Assembly: GCA_016618085.1 (NCBI GenBank) | Contig: JABLTG010000003.1 | Coordinates: 62,001-126,000 of the forward strand | DNA: 64,000 nt | Reading direction: 5' to 3' | DNA from: Neovahlkampfia damariscottae | Taxonomy: Eukaryota | Shown: positions 26,559-39,000 of the stretch, in pieces | How the letters are laid out: each line of letters starts with the position of its first letter | How positions within the stretch are numbered: position 1 is the first letter of the stretch | Notes under the pieces: generated by a model | The model's database searches: none | Seen by the model: only the letters and a program-made list of their open reading frames with translations | What the model was told of the DNA's origin: nothing | Position numbers and translations under genes: made by a program

Positions 26559-27269
26559 TTACAATTTTTTATGCCAAGCAACTGCTCTAATAGTATTTTC
26601 TAATCTGCGATGAAGTTGTCTTCTTTTTGATCTTCTTGCTCTTCTTTGCATTCTTTGTTTTTTAGTAAGAAAAATGTGATTTTCAGCGTCATCTGCAAAT
26701 TTATCAACTTCTTCAACATATTCCAATAATTTTAACGAATTTTCTGGAAAGACTTCATAGAATTCATCATTGCCAAAATCTTGATACTTTGGATTTTCAA
26801 GGTCAAATTTTTCTAATTGTCTAATTTGAGCAGTTGTTGGTTCTGGATCCGGTAAAGCATATTGTTGTTCAAGAAAAGTTTCATAATTTGAATGAACTGC
26901 AACAAATGAAGGATTACCTCCTTTTCTTCCTTGTTTTCTACCTGGATCTAAATTTTCTTGCATTGTATCAAGTTGTTCAGTTAAAACTTTTCTTTCTTCT
27001 GTGTCGTATTTTGAGTAAAAATTTTTTGGGTTTGTTTCACGTAAAATGTCTTTTAACAAATCACTACCATTTGGTTCTTCGTATATTTTTTTCATATACA
27101 AGTTATCTCTGTGAAATTGTTGAATTTGTTTTTCTTTATAAACTGTGTCAAAAATTTCTGCTTCTGTTCTTCTTAACTGATCCAAGTCAAATTTTTTTTG
27201 TTGTAATTTTTTTGTGGAATAGTTTATTTGTTGTTGTATTTTTTTACATAGAAACAAACTTCTATTCAT
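26559..27269 (-). CDS. Probable mitochondrial protein with Arg-rich C-terminus (possibly mitoribosomal)
   Basis: Intronless 236-aa ORF; presequence-like N-terminus (MNRSLFLCKK...NYST); basic C-terminal helix. Confidence 0.55.
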   Translation of the reverse strand: MNRSLFLCKKIQQQINYSTKKLQQKKFDLDQLRRTEAEIFDTVYKEKQIQQFHRDNLYMKKIYEEPNGSDLLKDILRETNPKNFYSKYDTEERKVLTEQLDTMQENLDPGRKQGRKGGNPSFVAVHSNYETFLEQQYALPDPEPTTAQIRQLEKFDLENPKYQDFGNDEFYEVFPENSLKLLEYVEEVDKFADDAENHIFLTKKQRMQRRARRSKRRQLHRRLENTIRAVAWHKKL

Positions 27270-27560
27270 CTTGACTCTAATTTTTGTTTTTACTCAAAAA
27301 AAATTGACCAATGATTTTGTTGCTGGAAAGAATAATAATAAAATAATTAACCATATAAAAAAAAACAAGTATATTTGAGAGTGTTCACATAGAAAAAAAT
27401 TTTAATTGATTTGTCTTACAGATTACAATTAATTTTTTTGCATTTTAAGTCTCAATTTTAAACAGATTTGAATTGTTTTGAATCACTAATGAATCAATTC
27501 ATCAACACCACAGAAAAATAAAAAAAATCCTGTGCGATTTGATTGGTTATTTGTTGAATC

Positions 27561-28448
27561 ATGTCTGCAACAGAGGTTGAAAGAATTTTGAACTATTTAC
27601 TTTTATTTTTTTATTCAATCACATGTATCATAATCATCTTAACACAAGTGTTCAATTCACAACATCGCTCATATCTCAACTATACATTTGGTTTTTTTTT
27701 ATTTACTTCGTCACTATCAAGGTTTTTCGAAATATTGTCAAAAATATTGCAAAAAGTTATTTGGAATGATCCAAAATACACCCCTTTGATACAGTTATTT
27801 CCAGATGTGAATTACTTGCTGCTAATTTCGGCTGTTTTGATGTTGTCTCTTTATTGGTATGAAATATATAAAGAGATTAGATTCAAATATGAATTAGAAA
27901 GGAATTTAGATTTTTGTTTTTATCTGAAACTTTTATCATTTTTCTTAATTATACAAATTATTTTTTCAAGCTCAATTATCATCACAAATGTTATTTTATT
28001 CCATTATAAACAACACTTAAATGTTTCATATTTATATCACTATATTATCACATGCGGTATTTTTCCAACTTTTTTATTTTTATTTTCATTTTCCTTTATT
28101 ATTATTTTTTTCACATTAATTTTTGAAATTGTATCCATGAAAGAAACGGCATTATTATATGAAAAATTAAAAAGGGTTATCTTTTTTTTATCATTAATTT
28201 TAAAATAGATTGGATTTTGTTGCTTGTTCAGTTTTTTTTGGTTATTTATTGGTTCAGTCTTCAAAATTTTTTTAATTGTTCCTGTAATTCAAAGATTTGA
28301 ATATGTTTTTGTTTTTCAATTTTGTTATTACATGATATTTGAATTTGGTATTATTTATTTCATTTGTTTTGTTTTGATGATAAAAATTGATATCACAGAT
28401 GTTATTGAAACAAATGAACCTAAAACATCAGAAATATTCATTGAATAA
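27561..28448 (+). CDS. Multi-pass (~7 TM) membrane protein, receptor-like
   Basis: Two hydrophobic ORFs joined in frame by intron 28176-28208. Confidence 0.65.
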
Positions 28449-28771
28449 AAAAAAAGAGGAATTTATTCAAAATAGTTTATTGATCAACAAAATTAGTATT
28501 GAAATCAAGTAGCCTTTCTTGATGAAATGATTAAAGAAGGAAAATATAAAATATTTGAAAATCAAACGAACAGGTTGAATGTTAAATTTGATATTTATTG
28601 ATGAATCAAAATAAAATGTATTTTTTATTCAATTGTTTTTTCTTCATTTTCTAATTCTTGTTTATTGTTGACCATGAAAAAAATTGATCAAGAAATTTCA
28701 ATTAAATGTTCAATGGAATTCAAGTTGAAACAAATTTACTTTGTATAACTAAAAATCCACAAGGAACAAAA

Positions 28772-29560
28772 TTATTTGAATTTGAAGTTTAAGTCATTTA
28801 ATATTCCAATTTTTTTGTCTAAAATTGTGAAGTACATTCTCTGTTTCAAGAAATAAACATCAATATCATTTTTCAATTCGTTCGAAATAATTTTGAACAT
28901 TGAAGGATGGGTTTTCATGGCAATCATAACTATTTCTTTGTCATTCCTAAATTTTTCATCTGCATATTCTAAAGACCAACCTTTATAAGCAACAGCTTCT
29001 TTGACTATTTTCTTATTTGCTTTAATATGAATAGGAGCATGTTGTAAAGCAAACCCTGTCATTTTAACAATTTTAAGAACAAAAACTTCATCATTAAACA
29101 TTATTCTGTTCATGAATCTTATTGATGTCGGAGAAAACTCAAGAGCAGCCTTCAAAATTTCTTCATCTTTAAACATACTTTGTGGCAAATACTTCAACGC
29201 ATTTCTTGATTTTTTAACAGCCTCAATGGCAATATCTCGATGTTGAAATATAAAATTCTCATTTACAAAAGAAATTGAATCTCCATTTTGTTTCACTGCA
29301 GTGAGAACTACATCATGATTTTTTTTCATTTTTGGTGAAGCATACTTAAGTGCATAACCATCATTAGATACAGCTGCCATAACTATTTCTTTATCATTTC
29401 TCATCTCTTGAGTCGCGTAATATAGGTCAGAACCTCTTTCAAGTAATCTTTCAATTGTTTTTTCTTTGTCAGTGTAGAAATCTTCATATTCGTCATTTTC
29501 TTCTTTATAATCTTTCATAGTATAATATTCTTTAATTTGTTTATTTTTTTTTTTGCTCAT
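28772..29560 (-). CDS. DUF4116 repeat protein
   Basis: Tandem repeats of DKEIVMAAVxxxGxALxYASxxMK type. Confidence 0.85.
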   Translation of the reverse strand: MSKKKNKQIKEYYTMKDYKEENDEYEDFYTDKEKTIERLLERGSDLYYATQEMRNDKEIVMAAVSNDGYALKYASPKMKKNHDVVLTAVKQNGDSISFVNENFIFQHRDIAIEAVKKSRNALKYLPQSMFKDEEILKAALEFSPTSIRFMNRIMFNDEVFVLKIVKMTGFALQHAPIHIKANKKIVKEAVAYKGWSLEYADEKFRNDKEIVMIAMKTHPSMFKIISNELKNDIDVYFLKQRMYFTILDKKIGILNDLNFKFK

Positions 29561-29592
29561 GCTTTTTTGTTGTTGTAAAATTGAGTGTGGTT

Positions 29593-29598
29593 GATTGG
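29593..29598. promoter_or_regulatory. Single CCAAT box in the 48-bp DUF4116/DUF3592 bidirectional gap
   Basis: GATTGG between the ATGs at 29560 (-) and 29609 (+). Confidence 0.55.
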
Positions 29599-29608
29599 TT
29601 CTTCAAAA

Positions 29609-30316
29609 ATGAACCAATCATCCAAGTTATTACTGAAGAAGAGGAAGTTAGTTTTGAAGAAGAAAAATTTTTCGATATCATTATCAACTTTAATATCACT
29701 TCCATTGAATTATTTTCTGATCAAAAATGGACCACTGAAGATTTATAGAACCTACTCAACTATTCAGTTAAATGGAAGAAGTAGCGAAAATTGGCCGATT
29801 TCAGTGGGTGAAATTGTAAAAAAAGGTGAAATAGAAGAAAAGAATAATTTGTTTAAACCTATAATTGAGTACAAATACTCAATAGGTGAAAGACATTTCA
29901 CTGGAAAAACATTATTTTTTTCTTTGCCAGAGTACACCAAAAATAACGAAAAATTGAAAGAAATTCTGAAAAAATATGAACATAAAAACCAAATTTTTGT
30001 CAGATTCAATCCTAAAAATCCATCAGAATCGATATTAGAACCAGGAAATCATTTTGAAAATGAAAACCTTTCATTGTTGATTAAGCATCAAATATTTTGG
30101 ATTATAACAATAATATCAATCAATTTGCTCATTTTTATCTTCATAACCAACAAAATAGAACTTTCAAAAAAACAAAAAAAAAAAGAAAACAAAGAATTAC
30201 TTGAGTACAAAAAATATGAAAGAAAAAGAATGTTTGAAAATATATTTTTAAGAAAATATGATCCTGCGATACCACCTCCTCCAACATCAAATCCACCGGA
30301 AAAACCAAAAAATTAA
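29609..30316 (+). CDS. DUF3592-like membrane protein
   Basis: SENWPISVGEI...FKPIIEYKY...VRFNPKNPSESILEPG between two hydrophobic segments. Confidence 0.7.
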   Translation: MNQSSKLLLKKRKLVLKKKNFSISLSTLISLPLNYFLIKNGPLKIYRTYSTIQLNGRSSENWPISVGEIVKKGEIEEKNNLFKPIIEYKYSIGERHFTGKTLFFSLPEYTKNNEKLKEILKKYEHKNQIFVRFNPKNPSESILEPGNHFENENLSLLIKHQIFWIITIISINLLIFIFITNKIELSKKQKKKENKELLEYKKYERKRMFENIFLRKYDPAIPPPPTSNPPEKPKN

Positions 30317-30340
30317 CAACAAAAAAACGTTTAATTTTTT

Positions 30341-31184
30341 TTACCACCAAGATGAACTGCATTGTTTCAATTTTTTTTCAGCTTCTTCATGTTCTTCTTT
30401 ATCTAATTGACTTGAAACTTTTTCTTTAATGGCAAGAGCATACCTATTTAAGAACTTTGTTAAAACAACTTTTCACACCATTTTTTAGCTTCTTCATATT
30501 CTCCTTTTGCATAATAACAATCTCCACAATAAGTTTTATTTCTAATTCTAAGATTTGCATATTGATTTCCATTTTCTGGTGAATTTAAAATTTCTTCAAC
30601 TTTTTTACAAAAATCAATTGCTTCATCATAAGTGGAAGAAGGTGGTTTTTCAAAGAATGTTGCAGCTAAAGTTCTTTGAATTGTACCTAAATTAGCAACA
30701 CCGAAACACCTTTAAAAAGTCAGTTTTGGCTTATTCCCACCATTTAGCAATACAAAAACATGTTGTTGCATCTTTAGGTGATAATGAAAGAGCTTTGTCT
30801 AAATTTTCTCTGATAATATAACCTGATTTAATTCTTTCATTTGTTCCTTCAAAATCACTTGAAATTGCTGTTGTGATTGCGTACCATTTGCTTTTGAAAA
30901 ATTTAGTTTTTTTCTACATTATTTTACTATCCAGCATAATGGTCTTTATCTAATTCAATACATTTTTTAGCATGTGTTTGTCCTTCTTTTAAATGTTCAT
31001 ATTTCTTTTTTTTATCTGGTTCGACTTCTGATAACATGAAATGTGCTCTGGAAAGTCTCCAACGAACTTCAATGTGGTCAGCATCAGTTTCCATTGCTTT
31101 TTTGACAATATCAAATATTTCCATTCTGTCTCCTTGTGAATCAACCAAATGATCAATTTTCTTTGTAATTTCTTCTAATGACAT
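30341..31184 (-). CDS. RMDN1: Regulator of microtubule dynamics (RMD-1/FAM82) family TPR-like protein
   Basis: WRLSRA, KWYAI, WCFGVANLGTIQRTLAATFFEKPPSSTYDEA, assembled across three short introns. Confidence 0.85.
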
Positions 31185-31342
31185 GTTACGGAAGGTATTA
31201 AATCTTTTTGATTAGTTTTTGATATTTTTAGCCAGTAGAATTTGAAAGAATCAAATATCTATTAATATTGAAATATTTTTTAATTTTTTTGAGAGTATTT
31301 AAAAACCTGTTTTGATTCATTTTCATTGGTAGTTTTATTCCA

Positions 31343-34300
31343 ATGAATTTTTCCACACAGAACGTCAAATCAGTAAGAAGAAATATTCAAATTTATATCA
31401 AAGGCGATTCGTATTTTACTGGATGACCCAAACTCTTCAACAAAACTTCGACAAGAGGCTGATTCATTTTTAATCAAATTTCAATCACTTCCTGACGCCT
31501 GGGAAATTGCCGCAAAACTCTTAATTGAAAAGGAATCAGTAAATATAAAATATAAAATTAATATTTTCAGACCATAACCGAAAAATTTTTTGCCTCTCAA
31601 ACGTTGTACCACAAAATCAACAACGACTGGGTTAGTTTGAAAGATGAACAAAAAGAGCAACTTAGAATTTTAATATTGGAATCTTTAATTAAATACTCAA
31701 CTGTCAATCAACTTTTAAAAAGGTTGAGCGTCACTTTTTCAATGTTCGTTTTATTTTCGGTTTTTTTTTTATTTTTTTTTAATTTTTTTTCAGATTTCAG
31801 AAATTGAGAAATTGAAAGATATTTTCGAATTCTTTTCATTGAAAAATACTCAAATGAACATAAAATCACATTTAAAACCAGAAAAATATGAGTTGGATGT
31901 TAGAAATTCAGTATTAGAATGGATTACAGTTTTACCTGAACAAATTGATTCATGCAATCTCATACAAGCAAAAAAGTAAAAAAAAACAATTTAATCAACT
32001 AAAAACAAGGGCACAAATTCATAAAATTTTAAACCAGCAACAAATTCAAATTCTTCAATATCTTTTGAATTATTTAAGTTCAACTGAAAACAATTTGTTA
32101 AAGAACAAAGCACTAAAAGGTTTAAGATCTTGGACTGAACTTGGAATTCCACTTGAGTAATTCATTTCATTTTTTATAATTATTTTTTTTTTCAGATTGG
32201 TTTATAGTGAACAAGGAATTATTTTGACACTTTTTGAATGTTTGAAGGATCGTTCATTATTCATTGAAACATCTTTATTATTGGATGATATTCTAACATT
32301 ACACCCAAATACAAAATACAATGATGTTTTATTATCTTATATGAAGAGATTGATTGAGTTTGCAAGTTTATATCAACATTGTCTTGAAAGTAAACAGTAG
32401 GAAAATTTTTAACATTTTCTGTAGAAAGAGATGATGAAATTGCTTATTTTTTTGTCAGTTTAATCTCTTCGTTTGGTGAAACACAATATAAATTGATGTC
32501 TGATAATGATACAATTGGATTGAAATATATCGAGTTTTTGTTATATCTTACACAACATCCAAGCAAAAAGATATCAAAATTGACATTTGATTTTTGGTTT
32601 GTTTTTCAACAATCACTTGAAACACAACAACAAAAAGAGAAATATAAAAAGATCATTATTCAATTCATTCAAATAGTTTTAAAGCAGATTCAATATGAAA
32701 ATGATGATTTAGATGAAGAAGATGATGATTTAGATGATTATAGATATTATGCTTGTGATACTTTATTAGCATCTTTCAATATTCTATTTGATAATTATTT
32801 CAAATTACTTGAATCTATTTTAACGCAATGTTTGAATAACTGGAATGTCAACAAGGATTATAAGCAATTAGAAGCAATTTTCGTTGCTCTTTATGCAGTT
32901 TCTGATTCAGCAAAAGACAGAAATCATTTGAAATCGTTGAACATAATTTTTCAAATATTACCAAAAATCCCAAATGAAATTCATTTGAGTAAATCAATAA
33001 TCAAGTTCATTGGATCATATTCTGATTATATTGTCACATTAGATCCAAATTTTAATTCATGGTGCATTCAATTTTGTTTAAGTTTAATTTGCAACAAAAG
33101 TATCAATCAATCAGTTTCAAAAATCGCTGGAAAGGTATTTGTGCAACTCTGTGAATCATCAGCAACCATACATAATGAAGATTTAGTTAAAAATCTAGTC
33201 AATGGATGTAAAGAGAATATTTCATCATTATCAGTATTTTTTTCTATTTTTTTCTTATCTTTTCAACAGAATGATTTGATTTTATTAATTTATGAAGGAT
33301 TATCATATCAAATTAATTCAATTCAAAAAAATCAAAAATTACAATTTGAAATGTTAAATTTAATTCTATTCCCAATTTCAAAAAATGTTGAAATGATGTT
33401 CAATCAAAAGAATTCAGAAAATTCAATCATTTTTTTGATTGAATGTTTTAAAATGTCTCTAACCGGTTTTGATGGTGGAATTGAACAAATTCCATTATCA
33501 AGTATTTTAACACAGATTTGGCCTCTTTTTGAAAAGATTTTTGTGAATTACTCACAAAATGAGAATTTAATTCACGTAAGTATTTCAATTAGAATCTTTA
33601 ACTCTTTTTTTTCAGATACTGTGTGAGCTCATTTCAATGATTATTGTTTCCATTGGAAATACAAAAGCAAATGAAATTTTTCTCAACCAAATTTTTGAAT
33701 TCTTGATTTATTTCTATGAGAATTTTTCATATCACTTCTTATTAAACACATTGAAATTATTCATTGAACCAGAAGAGAAAAACTGTTTAATGAATGATAA
33801 ATTTATTTTGAAATATCAAAGAATTCTTTTGAAATCTTATGTTTACATTTCAAAAAATGATGGAAAATTAGGAGATTTATTGAATTCATTCTTTAAATTT
33901 TTAGAAAGAATTGGTGAATTTCATCCTTATTTACTCATCAATAAAGAAAGTGAAAAAATATTTGAGTTATGTTTTTTGTTTATTGATTATCAAGAAAATC
34001 AAAATTTAACAAATTCAATTTACTTATTTTTAAAAATATTTTTAAGAAATTCAAAGAATTTATCAAAAGAAAAATTGGACGAAACTGTATTACAGTTTTC
34101 TGGTAAATTGATTGAATCAATATTAGTTGGAATTGTTGAAAGGGATTCTATTAACAGCAGGGAATTAATTAATATTATTGATATTTATAATACAAAATAT
34201 CCAATGCTTTTAAGGACTCATCTTTGGAATTTTTTTTTGAATCCAAATCATCAAAGGATTAAAAAATTGACAAAAACTAGAATTGAAATTTTTGTGAAAA

Positions 34301-34383
34301 CTATTTTGAAGAATAGAGGAATTTCAAAATTAAGAAAAGAGTTTAATCAATTAAAACTAGAAATCATTTCAAATTCATTGTAA
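31343..34383 (+). CDS. Importin-beta family karyopherin (importin-13/transportin-3-like), multi-exon
   Basis: After intron 31373-31403: RQEADSFLIKFQSLPDAWEIA...FFASQTLYHKINNDW (IBN_N); LTFDFWFVFQ; DLDDYRYYACDTL; HEAT-like helices. Confidence 0.8.
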
Positions 34384-34505
34384 TAAAGTTTCATTTTTCA
34401 AAAATCTGCTCAGGAATACCCCAGTCGTATATTGTATTTATCTTCTCTGTTTTTTTGATCAATCATAGTTAATTTGAAAATTAAAGTTTATTTTGTCAAC
34501 TTGTC

Positions 34506-35340
34506 TTATAATTTTTGTGTTGGAAATAATCTTTTAACATTTTTCTTATTTTGAAATACAACAGCATCAGATTCAAGTGTATCAACAATAGGTCTCATTG
34601 TTTTCAATAATAATTCTTGAGCCTTCATTGTTGGTTCTTTATCATACATATCAAATCTTGTATCAAAAGCATCAATCCATTCCTCAGGAATATGAACATG
34701 CTTTTCAGTTATATAATTAAAAACTTCATCTGCAAATTTAACTAAATCAATATTCTTTTCATAATTTGGTTGTAATCCTTTTCCAAAATTTTCAGCACAA
34801 AGAATCAAATGTAATTCAGGTTTTTTGTTTGTTAATGTGATCACTTTCGCATTTGTATCCATTTTCACCCAAAACTCAAAGTCTTTTTGATTCTCTAATT
34901 GTAGTGAATTTATTGGTAATCTTAATGTTGCAAGTTGACCTGAAGATACATAACCAGAATTGTAAATTTCAAAAATTATGGCATCATTTTCATATGGAAA
35001 AAGAGCAAATCTACCATTCCAAATTGGTTCTGTTGAGTTGGAAACTTTCTAAAGTTATTGTTAATTTTTTCTTTTTTTTTTTTACTTTTGTTTGGTGGTA
35101 TTCTTTGACACCATATTTTTCTTTTGGATCTGAAAAATTATTTTTTGTTGATTCCAAATAGCAAACACAGTACTTATGAAAATGTCAATAAAACATAAAA
35201 ATCCTCACTGGATTCAATTTTTGAAGTAAATCACTTCTTGGGAGCTCCATTGCTCCAACAACTGATAAAGACAGTCTTTTTCTTTCTTGATCTTCTTGTT
35301 CTTCATAATCTTCATTTGCTTGTTTTGCATACCTTGGCAT
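34506..35340 (-). CDS. C2-domain protein
   Basis: Spliced product reads LSLSVVGAMELPRSDLLQKLNP...QTKKVSNSTEPIWNGRF...IIFEIYN..., a C2-domain pattern. Confidence 0.7.
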
Positions 35341-35972
35341 GACTCAGTTTTTTCAAGAAAGACGTTTGGAAAACTGACCAATTGAAAACTTTTTTAAAAT
35401 TTTCCAAAAAGTGAAGAAATCAATCATGACCACAAACCCAATTATCCAAAACCTCAAACATGTCAAAAATAACGGAATATTTTAAAAGAAATCACAAAGT
35501 TATCAAAATTTTATTTATTGTTTTGTTTATTCAGAATTTGATGACATGTTTGTTAATTATGGTGAGATTTTAAACAAACTAACTTCTTGAAAAGGTTATA
35601 CCTATATTTTTCGCTCTTTTGATTGATTTTAAAATTTCAATTTTTTTCTTGTCTTCAAGTATTGCTTTGGGATTTGTTTTGATAATTTGGAGTTTTTTTG
35701 GTTTCATTTTTGGAAAATTGGTTCTATTTAGTTCATTACCTGTTTTTTTAATGGTTATTTTTCATGGGTTTGTTCTTTCAGTTTTAAGTTACAAATATCC
35801 TTATTTTTTATTTATTTCAATTTGTGAAGTAAGCAAAAAATTATTTTCCAATTTCAAAGTTTCACTTGAGTTTTCATTGTTTCACTATTCCATTTTTAAT
35901 TTTCTTTTTGAAAAAAAAAGTTGTCCAAAATAGTGATCCATAAAATAGAATAAATACTTTTTATTGAATTTC

Positions 35973-37030
35973 TCAGACCATTTCTTTTTCTTTGTCTATT
36001 TGAATTTTGATCTTTTCACCATGTTCATTTTTATCAACGAAAAAATCCAAAATGACAAAAATGAAAACAATAATAATTCCAATAATTTGTGGAATATTCA
36101 AATGATGAGAGAACCAAACAATTGATAATAGTATAGTTATCATTTTTCGAGTTGTTGTCACCACTGAAGTAAATAAGTTACCAAAATGAACAATTGAGTA
36201 ATATATGAGTTCTTGTCCTATTGTCATTAACGTTAGGAATATGAATGTATCGAAAATGATGTGGGGATACTTCACAAAAAATAAAAACCCAGATATGAAT
36301 TGAGAAGTAATCAATGCACCGATAAAAGCGTATCCTATTGAGAATAAATTCATATACAGGAGAAAATGATGGACATTCGGATTTTCCACTTTTCCTTGGA
36401 ATCCAGCAACCAATCCATCACAAATCAATGAACCAATCAACATCAAAAATCCTACAACTTTCGTTTCTTTTTTTTCTTTTTTTTTTACATCTAAAGAATA
36501 AATCATGAATATTATTGTTCCTGCACATATAAAAACTATTGTCAGAAACTTTTTGATGGAGTATTTTTTTTTTCCAATCAAAATATTCGCCAACAAAATC
36601 GGTATTGGTTTGCATGATTTTATAACTACAGTTGGAAGATAACCTATAAAAAGAACAGATGAAGATGACAAAGCATTCGCTAAGAATCTAAAAAAAGAAG
36701 CAATTCCAAGTAATTTCAATGATTCATTTTCAATATCAAGTTTCTCTTCCAATTTAATTTTTACATGATTTTCTAAGTTTTTTGTGAACTAATTTAAATG
36801 TTTACTGATTAAAGAATACAAAGATACTGTAGTTGAAACTAAAAATACAACAAACAAAGGAGATGTGAAAATTTCTTTTTCCAATTCTTGTGTATTTGAA
36901 ATGTATTTCACCGTCAAACTGTTTTTTTTAGTTTCATTTTTTTTCAATACATTTTTTCACCGTACATAGCAACTAATATAAATACTACATAAATTCCAAA
37001 AATATTGGCAACAACCGACAAAAACTTCAT
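35973..37030 (-). CDS. SLC35B1: UAA-family nucleotide-sugar/ATP-ADP transporter (SLC35B1/HUT1-like)
   Basis: VIKSCKPIPILL, SLICDGL, VTTTRKMITILLSIVWF motifs; ATG at 37030 with two 5' introns. Confidence 0.8.
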
Positions 37031-37089
37031 CAAAAAAAAAAAGAATCCAATTGGTCAAACAATTGTCTTTTATTCAAGTAAAAGTTTAA

Positions 37090-38610
37090 TCAATCTTCAA
37101 ATTTGACAAATTCTTCTTCAAGAAATTCAATTCTGTTTTCAATTTTAGACATTTTTTGTTTGATTTTCTTTATCTCAGCATCGTTCTGTTGAATTTGTGA
37201 TTTTAACCTTATTGATACATCAGTTTTTGGTTTTTTAAAAGAACTCAATTGCACTAATTTATTCAATAAATTCGAAATCAAATCAGCATTTTTATATTTC
37301 GATAAAGTATAAAATCTAATTGTTGGGTTGTAACTTCTCCATAAACTTCCATAGGCAACACCAATGATGTTTGTTTCTGTTGAATCTTCAGATAACACAT
37401 AATAACCTTCAGATATTTCAATATTAGTTACTTTAAAACTGAAATTTTCGTCAATAAAACATTGAGTCAAACCAAAGTATTGTATGACTCCTATTTTTGA
37501 TTCTTCTCGAAGTAAACATTTTTTATCAGAATTCAAATCGAATACTTTCCTGTTAACTTGAGAAATTTCATCATCAATAGCAGAAATTTCATTTTGTATC
37601 TCTTTTTCATCATCAATTACCTTTTTATTGGTGTGATCTAATAATTCAAAAGATTTGGAATGAACTTTCAATTGACCACGTAATTCTGCTATTTCTTTGC
37701 TTTCTTGATCCAATTGTGATTTCGTTTTTGGAAAACCTATTTTTGACAAATCAAATCCTTTTGAATTCGCAGCAGAATTCAAAATCTGTTGCCGAGTTTC
37801 CGACAATCTGTTTTTCTCTTTGATATCATCATTTTCAAGACAATAATTATCAATCCCATAGATTGGGAACTTTGTTTTAAATCCAAAAATAGCTTTAATC
37901 TTATCTCTTAAAAATTCAATTTGTTGATCTGCTGGTCGTTTATGTTCTCTTTTTCTTTTTTCTTCTTCTAATTTTGACTTATTTAATTCAGTCACAACGA
38001 CCGATAAACAGGTCTCAAATACTTTAGAGAACATTTTGAGATAATATTTAAAATTCATTTCTTGATTTTCATTGAAAAAAGAAGTTGATTTGATGCATAA
38101 AATTATGGATGATAATTTGACTCCTTTTTGTTTTAATTCTTGCAATGCACTGAATAGTTTCTTCATATTTTCTTCTTCAAATTCTGGATTAGAATCTCCT
38201 ATTCCTGGACAATCCAAAAATCCAATTTTTGTCATTACAGTTTTTGTGTTTTTTTCAAAAAATACATCTCTTTCTTTTTCATTGGCAAATACAAATTCTG
38301 TTTGAGGAGCGGTAACTTTTTTAGTTTCATATAATAATTCTTCATAAGTTACATCTTTTGTGCATGCTGTATTACCATCACCAACTGGATAAAGATTTTC
38401 TTGAAGAAGGGTATTGGCAGTTGAACTTTTTCCATTTTGTGATAGACCAAGCATGAGAATTACTTTTGTACTTTCATCTGGAGATGCTGTAGGATCCGAA
38501 AATAATTCAGATTTGTATTCATTCGTTTCTTCTTTGTTTTTTGTTTCAGTTTTTATTTTTTTGTTTGGTTCTGTAGTTTCAAGAGAATATTTTCTTTTTG
38601 TGCTACTCAT
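37090..38610 (-). CDS. P-loop GTPase of AIG1/GIMAP-like type with C-terminal coiled coils
   Basis: G1 GLSQNGKS, G2 region TACT, G3 DCPG; intronless 506 aa. Confidence 0.75.
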   Translation of the reverse strand: MSSTKRKYSLETTEPNKKIKTETKNKEETNEYKSELFSDPTASPDESTKVILMLGLSQNGKSSTANTLLQENLYPVGDGNTACTKDVTYEELLYETKKVTAPQTEFVFANEKERDVFFEKNTKTVMTKIGFLDCPGIGDSNPEFEEENMKKLFSALQELKQKGVKLSSIILCIKSTSFFNENQEMNFKYYLKMFSKVFETCLSVVVTELNKSKLEEEKRKREHKRPADQQIEFLRDKIKAIFGFKTKFPIYGIDNYCLENDDIKEKNRLSETRQQILNSAANSKGFDLSKIGFPKTKSQLDQESKEIAELRGQLKVHSKSFELLDHTNKKVIDDEKEIQNEISAIDDEISQVNRKVFDLNSDKKCLLREESKIGVIQYFGLTQCFIDENFSFKVTNIEISEGYYVLSEDSTETNIIGVAYGSLWRSYNPTIRFYTLSKYKNADLISNLLNKLVQLSSFKKPKTDVSIRLKSQIQQNDAEIKKIKQKMSKIENRIEFLEEEFVKFED

Positions 38611-39000
38611 ATTAACAGGTTATGTTGGAGGTAGTGAAGTTTTGAGTGAAAAAAATACAATCGTTCTGATTGGATAAAAAATCTGAAAAAGGTTTTTCAT
38701 AAATATTCCGGAAATTGTGAAGAATAACTGGTATTCTTATTTTGAAATGACCAATTTGGCTCATGATACCTTTTTCTTTGTTGTTGAGTGTTCAAAATTG
38801 CTCCACTTTGTAAACCAGCAACTAAAAGGTTATTGGCCACTAGTGGTTTTTTGCTGGTATTGCTTGTTATAAATTTTTTCACAAAAAGATGAATTTCCAA
38901 GGTGAAACTAAAATTTTGAAATGACTCAAATCGGAGATGAAATGTTTTAACAGTTGATTGGTTTAAAAAGACTCATTTTTAATTGGTGGAATAAACGAGA

